Shown here: positions 11,167-22,986 of the stretch, piece after piece
Layout: each line of letters starts with the position of its first letter
Position numbering within the stretch: position 1 is the stretch's first letter
Assembly: GCA_001687465.1 (NCBI GenBank)
Contig: LVLI01000101.1
Coordinates: 186,001-250,000 of the forward strand
Origin: Halocafeteria seosinensis
Taxonomy: Eukaryota
Length of the DNA stretch: 64,000 bases
Reading direction: 5' to 3'
The notes under the pieces: generated by a model
Database searches by the model: none
Seen by the model: the letters and a program-made list of their open reading frames with translations, nothing else
What the model was told of the DNA's origin: nothing
Made by a program: the position numbers and the translations under genes

Positions 11167-14100
11167 CTACTTCTCTGGTGGACCTATCTTCGATTTTCTA
11201 GGCGTTGCACCTGCGGACCTTGCTGGGGGAGTCTTTGGCTTTGGAGGCAAAGATGATGAGGGAGCAGTCTTTCCGTGCTGTCTGGAATGGGGTGATATAG
11301 CGTTCGGTGGAGGAGGTGTCTTTGGAGGGGCAGGAGAAATGCTACTTCTTGTGGATGGCCGCTTTGCAGATTTTGATGTTGGAGGGCTTGGACTCGCAGA
11401 TGCTGGCTTTCCCGTAGCACTTTCTTGGTCTGCTTGAGGTGGCCCTGGATTGGATTTGGGCAAAGCGCTGTGTGTTGCCGTTTCTTGGGACACTTCGGAC
11501 GGTGCCGCACTAATGGATTGTTGCCCAACGTCGCCACTAGGTCCACGAGCACTTCCTGTACCGGGTGGTGGAGGAGGAGTTGGTTTTGTCTTCTTTAGTA
11601 CAGTCCGGGGTTTAGCCGCAGTAGAGGAAGTCTGCGATGGCTCGCCTTTGGCATTTTCCTGCTGCCCCTTGGAAGCATCAACAATTGCACCAGTCTTAGG
11701 CGGAGGTAGAGGACTCTGTTGGGTATTTGACGAAGCTGTGTTACCAGGCCTTGGCGGCGGAACCGGGCTACGCGGGCTGTCTGCGTTCGTCTTGGGAGGT
11801 GTTGGGCTCCTCTTAGTACGTACGGAAGAGTTGCTGGACGCTGTTGCAGTTGGTTTTGGAGGTGGGACCGGAGCCGTCGGGGAATCTGTCGCTATCTGTT
11901 GAGGTTTGTCCTTTTCAGCATTCAAGGTTACCGTAGCACTTGGCTGGACGGGACTCTTCGGAGGTGGTGCTGGACTCCGCTTTCCAGTTGACGCAGCAGT
12001 GTTGGAGGGCAATGTGGCGCCACCAGAGTCTCTTGCCACGCCAGGCTTTGGCGGTGGCACTGGGCTTTTAGGTGCCGCGGAGTTAGTCTTGGGGGGCGGT
12101 GTAGGACTCTTTCTAGCTGGTGTGGATGGCGACACTGAGACGTCCGATCCTGACGCCGGCTGCCTGGAAACTGTTGTATCAGTTTTTGGAGGTGGTGTGG
12201 GAGCCTTGGTATCTGTTGAAGCAGTAGACCCTGAAGAAGAGCTTTCTGTTACCGGAGCGTTACGTTTTGGAGGCGGTGCTGGGCTCTTTGTCGTAGCTGT
12301 GCTAGACTTAGGAGGCGGTGTAGGGCTCTTCGGTGTAGAAGCAGTATTGGATTGTGACACTGAGCGTTCCGATCCTGTTATGTTAGGTTTTGATAATGGT
12401 GGAGTTGGACTCTTGGAATCAGTTTTCGGAGATGGTGTGGGAGCTTTGGCATCTGGTGAAGCAGTAGACCCTGAAGAAGAGCGTTCTGATACCGGAGCGT
12501 TATGTTTTGGAGGTGGTGCTGGGCTCTTTGTCGTAGCTGTGCTAGACTTAGGAGGTGGTGTAGGGCTCTTCGGTGTAGAAGCAGTATTGGATTGTGACAC
12601 TGAGCGTTCTGATCCTGTTATGTTAGGTTTTGATGACGGTGGAGTTGGACTCTTGGAATCTGTTTTCGGAGATGGTGTGGGAGCTTTGGCATCTGGTGAA
12701 GCAGTAGACCCTGAAGAAGAGCTTTCTGATACCGGAGCGTTACGTTTTGGAGGCGGTGCTGGGCTCTTTGTCGTAGCTGTGCTAGACTTAGGAGGTGGTG
12801 TAGGGCTCTTCGGTGTAGAAGCAGCATTGGATGGTGACACTGAGCGTTCCGATCCTGTTATGTTAGGCTTTGATAATGGTGGAGTCGGACTCTTGGAATC
12901 AGTTTTCGGAGATGGTGTGGGAGCTTTGGCATCTGGTGAAGCAGTAGACCCTGAAGAAGAGCTTCCTGATACCGGAGCGTTACGTTTTGGAGGTGGTGGC
13001 GGGCTCTTTGTCGTAGCTGTGCTAGACTTAGGAGGTGGTGTAGGGCTCTTCGGTGTAGAAGCAGTATTGGATTGTGACACTGAGCGTTCTGATCCTGTTA
13101 TGTTAGGTTTTGATGACGGTGGAGTCGGACTCTTGGAATCAGTTTTCGGAGATGGCGTGAGAGCTTTGGCATCTGGTGAAGCAGTAGACACTGAAGAAGA
13201 GCTTTCTGATACCGGAGCGTTACGTTTTGGAGGCGGTGCTGGGCTTTTTGTCGTAGCTGTGCTAGATTTAGGAGGTGGTGTAGGGCTCTTCGGTGTAGAA
13301 GCAGCATTGGATGGTGACACTGAGCGTTCCGGTCCTGTTATGTTAGGCTTTGATAATGGTGGAGTCGGACTCTTGGAATCAGTTTTCGGAGATGGTGTGG
13401 GAGCTTTGGCATCTGGTGAAGCAGTAGACCCTGAAGAAGAGCTTTCTGATACCGGAGCGTTACGTTTTGGAGGTGGTGGCGGGCTCTTTGTCGTAGCAGT
13501 GCTAATTGTTGTCACCGGTACTGGGCTACTTTTAGTAGCCGCCTTCGAAGCTTTGGGGGGCGAAACCTGGCTTTTTGGAGGAATTGGTTTGTTTGAAGGA
13601 GGCAAAACTGGAGCTGTCTTCTTATCTGAGGTAACAGTATCGACCGACGACACACTGCCTGGATTTGCCTGTGCCTTGTCGTTTGCTGAGAGTGTAACAT
13701 TTGAAACGGGTGAAGGCCTCGCTGAAGTCCTGGTATCGCTATTGGTTGTCGATGAAGCTGGCTTATCTGCCTTACTGGTGCTAGTCTTAGTGCTCGTTTT
13801 TGTGTCAACTGTTCGAGCAATAGCTGGACTCTCTGTGTTTCCGGTGGTAGCCCGAGGAGAGGGACTAAACTTGTTGCTGGAGCTTGAAACACGGGACAAG
13901 CTTTCCGTACTCGGCACACTATCACCCGGCGGTGTACCGGAATCCACCGAGATACCTCTCTTTGGGTTGGTTTTTGACGTAGCAATGGTGGTAGGCAACT
14001 TGGCACCTTCTGCGGCAGGTTTCAACCGAGAAATTCCACTCTTAGATATGCCACTAGTAGTGCTTTGAAACTGGATGAAACGCTTCGCATCGCCGTCAGG

Positions 14101-16629
14101 GGTCACGAGGTTGGCTGAAGCAGTTTCAGTGTTTGGAACTGACACACTCTCCTTCGTCCTCGAACGCAAGGGCTCAGATTTGGGCAAGGAAGCGGCAGTA
14201 TGGGAGTTTGCAAAGGACGTCGAACTCCCTTGAGAGCTGGAAGTTCGTTCCGTTTTGCTTTGTCTCATTTGACCATCAGTACTGTTTTCGCGGAGTCTTT
14301 CGTGTTCCTTTTCTGCTGCAGAGACAACAGGGCGCTTCGAGTCCGGAGGGTTACCGTTCTTGAAATCGGCTTGTGGACTCTCCACTTTAGTCTGAAGGGC
14401 ACTAACAGATGGATTGTTACTCTGCATCGGGCTTGTCCGAAGTCTTGATGACGTCTCCAACCTTTTACTCATAGGCGCTGTCGTCTTAGCACGGAGAACT
14501 GCGGAGGACTCGTCTGTAAGGCGGTATGGTGATGCGACAGCCGCTTTGCCATTCGAAGTTGCACTTTTCTCCGAAGACGAATCCAATGCGCCGTCTGTGG
14601 AGCTAATACTAGCATTAGTGTCAGGCTCGTTCCCTGAGCCACTACGATCAAAGAGAGACGCTTCCGATATCGAGTTTGTAGACGAGCTATTGTTGCTAAT
14701 CGTGCTGTCATTTGCTCGGGCGGTTTCTGCCTCAATGACAGGAGGCGCCTCCCTATGGGATCGTGTAGTATCTCGGAAATTTGTCAGTTTGCGATTAGAT
14801 GCATTCTTCGTTTCTGGGCTGTCGGAAGGCATCGATTCAGTGCAATGCTCTACAAAGACCTCTGTGGTGATGACCGACCCTTGACCAGACGACAAAGTAC
14901 CAGTTTCATCTGCCGTCTTGGCTGCAGTAGACTGGACGGGAATGTTGGCTGTAGTTAATGAACGATCAGAAGTTAGTTTGGATTGATGTGCTAGTCGGTC
15001 AGCTGCCTTTGATGTGTTGATGACCGTATCGTTCATGGTTACTAGTTCGGAGAGAGTGTTTTGGGACTGTGCACTACTGTAGCTAGCACTTCCGCTTCTT
15101 GTATCCGGAGCGGACCGTTGCGATTGGCCAGTCCTCTCTTCTTGTTCGCACCCGGAGCCGGACTGATCACCTTCAGCTTCAGCATCCAACGGTATGGATC
15201 CACCATCTGCTGTTGGAGAGTCTATACTTGCCTGTGCGTTCGTTTCTTTGATGTGAGTCCGCTGGGTCCGTTTCTCGGGAGAGACAGAATTGTCCAAAGT
15301 ACCAATTTCACCCGGTGCATGCTGCCCTCCACTTTCTCGGTTCTCGGGCACCAACTCATTGAACTTCTCACCTGTTTTGGTAACAGTCGCGTCCAATTGC
15401 TTTAGGTCATTTATACCGGGTGTGTATCGACTAATGCTATGCGCACGTTTATCGTCCAATGTTTCCAAAGATGTCCTGGTGTCCTTGGGAATGCTTTCAC
15501 CGGTGCTTCTATGATTTCGGCTCGTCAGGTCGCTTCTATCACTGAAAGAACTGGCATGATCGCTAGCAGTGTTTATCTCACTGGAGCTTGGAAAGGCTGC
15601 AGTACCAATCTCGGCGAAATGTTCTTGTGCAGCTGCAGTAGCCAGCCGTGCAGGTATGCGAGACTTAGATGGTTGGTCATTTGTCCACCGATAGCTGTAG
15701 CTCGCTCCCTCATGAGCATTCTGTAGAGTGTGGGTGCCTTTTTGGGAGGGTAGACTTGCTAAGGCCTTCAATATAATCTTTGCTTTTTCCGCCTGTGTGA
15801 TGGCTTCAGTGTTAGTAAGAGGGTTGTTGGGCTTCGTTTCGGACTTCTCGGGTGTTTTTGACCGGTGTCTGGGATTGTCGTTCGCACGACGACACTTTGC
15901 TCGTTCGAAGACAAGATTGCTCCATTTTATGCTGTCGTTAGTCAACACCGCAATCTCAGAAGCATTCATCTTGATTACTCCTTGCCCCAATCGTTTTACT
16001 GTTTCCGCAAGACGCAACGTACGCTCGCTTATCCAAACAACGTCTTCATTGGCTTCTTCCAATTGTCCCTTCATATGTCTCAACTGCTGCTGTAGTTGAG
16101 TTATCTGATTTGCTTGGCGTTTCCTTTGCTGCCCATTATACTCAATGCGCTTCTGTAAAATCTCTATTGTTCTGTCCTTCCTCGTCGCATTTTCCTCCTC
16201 TTTATCAGGCTTGGATTCGATTCGCCGAGAGGTGTTTTCCTCATGGTAGTTTGTCTTCTCCGTTGTTGTTTCGGCCTTTCGATGGTAGTCTCTGTTTTGG
16301 CTTGATGTCTCACGCTTCCCGAACCCGTTTGCTTTGGGCATCTGGGCTCCATCTCCTTTTTTCTTAGTCTCCTGAATGTCAACCCAGCTGTACCGATGTG
16401 GTCGTGGCTGCACCTCGTTTTCAGTGAATGGGCTCTCGATCCACAATATTCGAGTCTCGTCATCGTCCCTTGATGGCTTCGCATTGTGCAGAGGATTCGT
16501 TTTCTTATAGCTACGAGTACCTCTCTTTGAGAACGCTTGGGGCTTGAGTTGAGGCCGACGATACTGCTTTAGGGGGTAGATGCCTACCCCTGTTCTCTTC
16601 GGAGAAGTGGCGGCGGAGCTTCCATCCAT
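11167..16629 (-). CDS. 1820-aa intronless Ser/Thr/Pro-rich protein with N-terminal coiled coil and 80-aa tandem repeats
   Basis: Uninterrupted 5.46-kb ORF with a heptad-like segment (IEILQKRIE..LQQQLRHMKGQLEEANED) and many SPxPPPK motifs. No signal peptide. Confidence 0.8.
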   Translation of the reverse strand: MDGSSAATSPKRTGVGIYPLKQYRRPQLKPQAFSKRGTRSYKKTNPLHNAKPSRDDDETRILWIESPFTENEVQPRPHRYSWVDIQETKKKGDGAQMPKANGFGKRETSSQNRDYHRKAETTTEKTNYHEENTSRRIESKPDKEEENATRKDRTIEILQKRIEYNGQQRKRQANQITQLQQQLRHMKGQLEEANEDVVWISERTLRLAETVKRLGQGVIKMNASEIAVLTNDSIKWSNLVFERAKCRRANDNPRHRSKTPEKSETKPNNPLTNTEAITQAEKAKIILKALASLPSQKGTHTLQNAHEGASYSYRWTNDQPSKSRIPARLATAAAQEHFAEIGTAAFPSSSEINTASDHASSFSDRSDLTSRNHRSTGESIPKDTRTSLETLDDKRAHSISRYTPGINDLKQLDATVTKTGEKFNELVPENRESGGQHAPGEIGTLDNSVSPEKRTQRTHIKETNAQASIDSPTADGGSIPLDAEAEGDQSGSGCEQEERTGQSQRSAPDTRSGSASYSSAQSQNTLSELVTMNDTVINTSKAADRLAHQSKLTSDRSLTTANIPVQSTAAKTADETGTLSSGQGSVITTEVFVEHCTESMPSDSPETKNASNRKLTNFRDTTRSHREAPPVIEAETARANDSTISNNSSSTNSISEASLFDRSGSGNEPDTNASISSTDGALDSSSEKSATSNGKAAVASPYRLTDESSAVLRAKTTAPMSKRLETSSRLRTSPMQSNNPSVSALQTKVESPQADFKNGNPPDSKRPVVSAAEKEHERLRENSTDGQMRQSKTERTSSSQGSSTSFANSHTAASLPKSEPLRSRTKESVSVPNTETASANLVTPDGDAKRFIQFQSTTSGISKSGISRLKPAAEGAKLPTTIATSKTNPKRGISVDSGTPPGDSVPSTESLSRVSSSSNKFSPSPRATTGNTESPAIARTVDTKTSTKTSTSKADKPASSTTNSDTRTSARPSPVSNVTLSANDKAQANPGSVSSVDTVTSDKKTAPVLPPSNKPIPPKSQVSPPKASKAATKSSPVPVTTISTATTKSPPPPPKRNAPVSESSSSGSTASPDAKAPTPSPKTDSKSPTPPLSKPNITGPERSVSPSNAASTPKSPTPPPKSSTATTKSPAPPPKRNAPVSESSSSVSTASPDAKALTPSPKTDSKSPTPPSSKPNITGSERSVSQSNTASTPKSPTPPPKSSTATTKSPPPPPKRNAPVSGSSSSGSTASPDAKAPTPSPKTDSKSPTPPLSKPNITGSERSVSPSNAASTPKSPTPPPKSSTATTKSPAPPPKRNAPVSESSSSGSTASPDAKAPTPSPKTDSKSPTPPSSKPNITGSERSVSQSNTASTPKSPTPPPKSSTATTKSPAPPPKHNAPVSERSSSGSTASPDAKAPTPSPKTDSKSPTPPLSKPNITGSERSVSQSNTASTPKSPTPPPKSSTATTKSPAPPPKRNAPVTESSSSGSTASTDTKAPTPPPKTDTTVSRQPASGSDVSVSPSTPARKSPTPPPKTNSAAPKSPVPPPKPGVARDSGGATLPSNTAASTGKRSPAPPPKSPVQPSATVTLNAEKDKPQQIATDSPTAPVPPPKPTATASSNSSVRTKRSPTPPKTNADSPRSPVPPPRPGNTASSNTQQSPLPPPKTGAIVDASKGQQENAKGEPSQTSSTAAKPRTVLKKTKPTPPPPPGTGSARGPSGDVGQQSISAAPSEVSQETATHSALPKSNPGPPQADQESATGKPASASPSPPTSKSAKRPSTRSSISPAPPKTPPPPNAISPHSRQHGKTAPSSSLPPKPKTPPARSAGATPRKSKIGPPEK
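12178..13503. repeat. Coding tandem repeat, 240-bp unit, about 5.5 copies
   Basis: The same text (accggagcgtta.gttttggagg) recurs in the lines starting 12241, 12481, 12721, 12961, 13201 and 13441, with few substitutions. Confidence 0.97.
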
Positions 16630-16965
16630 TGTGCTTGTAGCGGTGTCTCCTCCGGGTAGAGTACCTTATCTCAGGGCAAAACACAGAGCAAGTGCTTTCC
16701 GACGGCACCAAAAAGATGAATTCCAGTGGAAAGAGCTTTGCTATATCCAGAGGGGGTCAAGTTGATCCAACGGATCACTGGAAGTTCTGGAACCTGTGAA
16801 GTTCAACCGTTTAGAGTGGTTCACAACAATGAGTTTGTCGCCCTTTGCCAAACGACTTGCGGTCGTCGGACAATTTGAAGGCTGATGTTTCCATGGCGGG
16901 TACTCTAAAAGTAGAGGGACTGAAAGTACCGATTCATCTAGAGTACCCCGGAGTGGTTTTTGAAA

Positions 16966-19900
16966 ATGGCGAATGCAAAATGGCAAGACATGCTTCTTTT
17001 GTTGGAAAGGAAAGCCTTGAGATACTTATATGAAGAGTTCAAGGAGTTAGAAGAAAGAGAAAAGAGGGGACTCACAAAGAAAGAGTTTGCAGACTCTTGT
17101 CTTCGAAATATTGACCTTAGCAGTTCACCCTACGACGAAGGTATGCTTCGGCAAGGGCATTCCATTGACGGGCGTACTGTATTGAAATCATTCTGACGAC
17201 GCAGTCACGATCGTTGGTCTTGTTAGTGAAGTCTATGATCAGATCGACGTTAATGGAGATGGTAAGTAGAGTGGATTAAAACGCGGTCTGTATGTATACT
17301 CTGCGATTTTCTGTATCCAGGCGAGCTGGAATGGGCGGAATTCACCGAGTTTTGCATCGAGATGGGGGCAAACGTTGCAAACGAGGAGAATTCGGTCCTA
17401 CAACGTTCAGAGGTAGGTTGGCATAGGTCATGAAAACACAAACACTGAACCTAGTTTTCTAGTTTTGTGCTTTCTAGTAGCAGTACGTCTTCGACAAGGC
17501 TTTCCAGGACAAAAGCACTTCTTTAACGTGTTCAGAAATAACTTGTATGACGTACGACAAGGAAAACCAACTGCTTTACGTAAGACCTGCTCCTTTTGTA
17601 ACCGCAATGTCTCCCACTTGTAGAATTGATAGAAAAGCATTGCAGGTAGCGGAAGGGAACACAACGATAATATCGGTCTACAACAATAACCTGAGGAAAG
17701 TTGCCACCCTGTCGTTTGACGAGGGCGTACCATCATACAAAGAGGCTAAGCACTCGAGTTCCGTAAGTTGCGTCAGTATTGTGCTGATTCCTAAGCACAA
17801 AATGGTACTGACCATTCTTAGTGATCACTCATTGTGTTTTTGGTACAATACCACGCACTTAGTGTACGCCGGAAAACTTAGCAGAGCGGGCAACTGGTTA
17901 CCGCACAGTGCCTGTTGGAGCGCTACCTGTAGCGCAGTTGCTATTGGAACTAGAGATGGGAGAATCATTATTGCAGATCCAGTGCAGAAGCGCATCGATC
18001 GAATCATACGAATGCACACTGATACGGTGTTGGAAATCATGGCTATCGAAGAATTCGAAGCCGTGGTTAGCAGCGGCATGGATAGGAAGCTTCTTTTGTG
18101 GGATGTCAACTCATGGCATGTTAAAGCAAAATTCCAGGGTCACGACTCAATTGTTACTCCACTGGTATGGGCACCTCAATTAAGCGTAATTTTTGGGAGT
18201 ACCAAGAGCGAGGTAGTTGTTGCATGGTCACCCACGTCCCCAAACCCTATCATGAGGATTCGGGGCCAGAGGTGAGTGTCTGCTCTTAGAGGGTCACTGA
18301 TCATGTCTCTTGTATTGATACTCACCGCTTACAGAGCAAACGTGATACATATGGCTATTATTCATTCAAAACCTTTGGAAAGGCTTCTTTGCATCGACGA
18401 GCGGCAAACATATAATGTTTGGTCGTTCAACGACGCAACGTCAGGAACCGCAAACTGTGTTTCGTCGTTTTGTCTGGCAACGTCGGGAGTATCGGCCAAT
18501 TGCGTCTGTGTCACGCATCCTGGTAAGACAAACAAGGATGATTTTAGAAGCGACCGTGCTGGAGCGGCATAGACTTCTTCCTTACAGGACTGGATATAAT
18601 AATTGGTAGCACTCGAATATTTCGAATCTCCAACGTCGTCGATGATACGACGGAGGTCGTTTCCGGTATCATGTATAATGAAGCAATGAGGATGTTTGTA
18701 ACGTATTCAAAGAATGAAATCCGTCTTTGGAACGAACAAACTGGGGAACGGGAAATGACGTTTAGTGATTTATTCGACGATGATGACATTTCGGCAGCCT
18801 GTCTCGATGATAGGAACCGTAAAATCATAGTCGGAACACGAAACGGCAGACTTCGCGTCTTTAATTGCTTGAATGGAGCCCTAATGAAAGAAGGAAAGAG
18901 TCACGCCTCCTTTATTACGTCTCTGCTCTACGTACCCTATTGCAGATGTGTGGTTTCGACAAGCTGGGATCAAACGCTCAGAGTTTACTATGAAGACCCT
19001 CAGGAGGAGTTAGAACTTCTGAGGGAAGTCCAACACGCCCACTCTGACGATATCACATGTCTCTGCTATTCTGCGGCCAATGATATCATTTTCACAGGTA
19101 AGAAGCTCCAATGCCTGTTGTAAGTACATACTTGGTGGCAGCACTGTCTTGTAATGCTCAGGCTCTGCTGATTACACAATACGATGCTGGGAATTTACGT
19201 CGTTGAGAATGGAATGCGAACTTGTTGCTCATACATCGCAAGTATGCGATATTGCAACGCCCGGGGACTTACCTATACTCGTTTCTGGAGATGCAAAAGG
19301 AATAATTTGTATCTGGAAGATCAATCAGGGGAAACCAGCTTACCAATTACTGTATTGTTTTCAGCACTATAAGCGGAAGAAATTCTTGTATGACCCCAAT
19401 CACCCGTTTAGCCTCTACAGACCTGATGCATTAGATATACCTCGGGTAGAAGACCCACGCGATAACGCAAACATTGAGGATATGCTGCTTCTTCATAAAG
19501 ATTTCATGCCTCCAAGAAGGGGTTCCGAGTCGACAAACGACAGCCGCGACGTCGAGGATGCTAGAGACATCAGTTCATCTGTATACCATTCTGGTGAATT
19601 TCTAGAAGATCTAGTGGAGAAGCGAGAGAAGGTCCCAGAGAGGAATGCGCCTGATGAGAGGTTACAACCGCTCGATCTGACGTTCATAACAGGAATCGAT
19701 GCAACCGCTTCGTCTCAAACCCCGGCGACTGATGTTCTGAGCTCGAGACTTCCTCAGTTGAACACTTCACGAAGCGGGAACAAATCAGTACCGCCTTCGA
19801 CCAGTAATACTGGTAGACGTAGTGTTGCAGCTGTTCCTGAAGAATATGCAAACCCCTACTGCTCGCATCCTGAGTTAAAGGGTTTTCTACTAACCAAGCT

Positions 19901-22816
19901 CTGCGATGACATCTTGCGAAGGTATCACAAAAAGAAGAAGGAAGAGCTTGAGGGAGTATCTGGGAGTAGCTCCACTGCTCGTCTTGCAGAGAATTGTGCG
20001 GACGACGTCGATGAACGCTTAAGCCGTATTGGTTTGGGAGCGGTGTACGACGCCGAAGCCCTGGCGGTCACAAAGAGCGAACTAACGGCTATGCGGGGAA
20101 GACTCAAACTTGCGGAATATAAAATGGAAGTAAGCATAACTAGTTTAGTAGTTGACGTTCAAACAAATGGGCACGTGGTGCTATATATTGGAGACGATGC
20201 GGGAAATGTTCGGACCGAAGACATAACTCGCATCCTTAGGAGGGCAAAAGTTCAAAATGGCATTGGGACTCAAAGAGCCCCTGCTGAAGTGAAATTGGCT
20301 CTTAAACAAGCGTTTTATTCCGAGCCTCACATGAAAAAACGTACCGACCACGATGACCAGGAAGAGCTCAGAAAGAGATCAATTGCTTCATCCGCACCGC
20401 CAACCCACCGAAGTGGCGTACGGTTTCACAGGATGAGTAACACGTATCGGGACGGGTTGCAGTCCCTTGTTTTGGGCAGCAAGGGAGACTGCGTTCAAAC
20501 AATTCGGAAGCGTCAAGTATTACAGATAGAGCGAGGTGACAGGCGCCATATTGCGTCTTTTGTTGCCCATGAAGAGTCAATGTCCTCTATGAATGTCACT
20601 AGGGGATCTAAGTTAGTCATGACCTCCGGGCTTGATGGGAGGAGTTTTATCTGGAATAGAGATGGGTGCTTGCTGGGGCAGCTGGACACACCGCCTAAAG
20701 AAGAACGGCAAGTAAAACAGGGACTTGTACCATTGATACCATGGAAAGTCCCGCTGAGAAATTATAATACTGAGGAAAAAGCGATGAGTCTATTGAGTTC
20801 GGTATACGAACTCCGCGCGCAACGCCTTGAAAAGTGCCACTCACATAGAAGTGACTTTCAAGCGCAAGCACCCCGCACTTACTCTATTGCTGGAGAGGAG
20901 GAGCAAGAGCAGATTCAAAGTCCCTACAGATTTGCCTGGTTGGAAAATCTTCAGGAAGGAAAACACTCTTCAAATGTAACACTGATCAATGAATCCACTT
21001 CCCCTGTTGATTCAGACACAGAATCTGATCATATATCTTACGAACAAATCGATGTTAGCGATTCAGTTATTTTACGGACCGTAGAAGATGCTCAAGGAGA
21101 AGTCGAAGATGAGGGAAGGTCATGCCATAGCCGAAACTCTATTCTAGGATCCCTAGGAGATAGTCTTGAGAGGAGTGGTAAATCGGTATGCACCTCGACG
21201 TAAGTTGTCGCAGTATTGGAACTGTTTGTTAGGGCTTCACTCATTACACCGTTTGTTCCAGGTCCGTACTTCCGAAATACAAAAACTTTCATAAGGAAGC
21301 AGCGCGAGAATGCTCACATTTATATGCCAGACGTCATAAAGAAGTAAGGAGAACGAGCATCACTTCAATTTGTCATTTATGTTTTCTATACTAACTTTCC
21401 AGGTTCCCGACACAACACCCTCAAATTTTCTTAAACAGAAGCTTTGGAATGGAAGAGAATCTCCAACAAAGGCGAAAAGGCCGTCTTCGGCTATGCCTTC
21501 TCTTCGAAATAGGCCCATGCAGTGGAGTAGACGCAAGCACCAAGACTCGCCTAGGGACACTAGTTCTCCGAGTAACTTTCCAGGTACGTAGCGGCTTTGT
21601 GGTCTATATTCAAAGGAGGGTTTTTACCAGACGCCGTTACAGATGTCGGAACTGCAAGACCACAAGTTTATATCCCAGAATGGGAGGATGTTAACTGCCT
21701 TGAAGGAGCTACCACGAAAGCATTTGGAAAATCTATGAAAGACAAGGTTCAAGGATACTATAAATCAGCAATGCAGAGAACCTCTATGAGGCCGAGGGTT
21801 AGGACAGCAACGTCCAATTCCTCGTCTCCTACGTCTTTCCCTTCTCATCTCTATGACCCTCGACACCACCGGAAATATGTTGAGCACCCTTCATCGAAGT
21901 ATTACGAGGAGATGTATAAATCTGACTCCTCTGGAAGTGGTTCGTTGATGCCTTCTCATTTTGGCCCCTACAGCGCCCTCGAGGTCATTCGTGTCCGCCG
22001 TCTGTTCGAAGTAAGCATGGTTGAACGTGGGGCGATTGATATAGATGCAGTGCAAGTATTCTTGGTCTGCGTTTGAGTACACAGGCTGCTGACCGTCTTG
22101 GAAAAGGAGAGGTGGAATTACACCACCTTTTGAATTCTCCGGAATGGAAATCTTTGTACCCCCCTGAGAAGATAGAAGTAATGTTCGATGCGATGGATGC
22201 CAATAAGAGCGGGGTCGTTTCACTATTGGAGGTATTCAAGGTGGTGTTCCCAGGAGCGACCAACGCCCATATCCAGGTCTGTATCACCCCGGTTAGGTCA
22301 ATGCCTTGCAAGGTATTTGAAATTCTCCTGTCTACGAACTCTTACAGTCAATGATAAAACATACCGGGCTATCGCGCACGATTCGTTCGATTCCGAAGAA
22401 AAAGAGCCTTCGTCGAGCTTCCCAGATAGAATCTGATTATTTGGAAGCAATATTTAGGGCATTTGACCGTGATGGGGATGGGATAGTAACACTAGAAGAG
22501 ATGGAAAGCGTAAGTGTCGTACAATTGTAGAGTGTAGTGCAACGTTCTGTACCCTGGGGCCATACATTTGCCTCTTTACAGATGTGTCGCAGCAGCGACC
22601 AGAAGAATGGATTCAAACTGGCGGACTTAAAATCTGTTGTTTCCCAGGTATGACGATATGACATAGCCCATAAAAGAAGTTGATTATGCAGGATAACAAG
22701 CTTCTCATTCATTGCAGTACGCTGACGGGACCGAAGGGCTCAACCTGGAGCAGTTCAGGAAGGTTATGGCGGACTCATTTCTCCAGACCAGCACGGGGAA
22801 TCCAACTCTATGCTAG
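16966..22816 (+). CDS. EF-hand + WD40 repeat protein (WDR49/EFCAB8-like architecture) with C-terminal EF-hands
   Basis: N-terminal EF-hand (YDQIDVNGDG-ELEWAEF), WD40 repeats (HTDTV..SSGMDRKLLLWD, HASFIT..STSWDQTLRVY, AHEESM..TSGLDGRSFIWN) and C-terminal EF-hands (MDANKSGVVSLLE, FDRDGDGIVTLEE). Many introns. Could be two genes. Confidence 0.7.
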
Positions 22817-22986
22817 ATCGTAAAGAGACATACTCAATGATGGAGCTATCACTTTGAAACCGGCAAACATGATACCCTAAGCATAAGAAGCAAAGGCACC
22901 ACACCGTGTTACATTATTTATACCGAACCCACCCGGCATCCACTTAGACGAAACTACCAGGAGTTGGCGATGAGGTCAACTTCTGT

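Noticed and set aside
12178..13503. Regular repeats as a possible CRISPR array
   Set aside because: The units are contiguous 240-bp in-frame coding repeats with no unique spacers, there are no cas genes, and the context is eukaryotic.
11906..14068. 720-aa plus-strand ORF (GGGVGL-rich) and the neighbouring 11450-11902 ORF
   Set aside because: Antisense shadow of the Pro/Ser/Thr repeat gene. A stop-free repeat unit propagates openness, and the ORF has no ATG start or independent motif.
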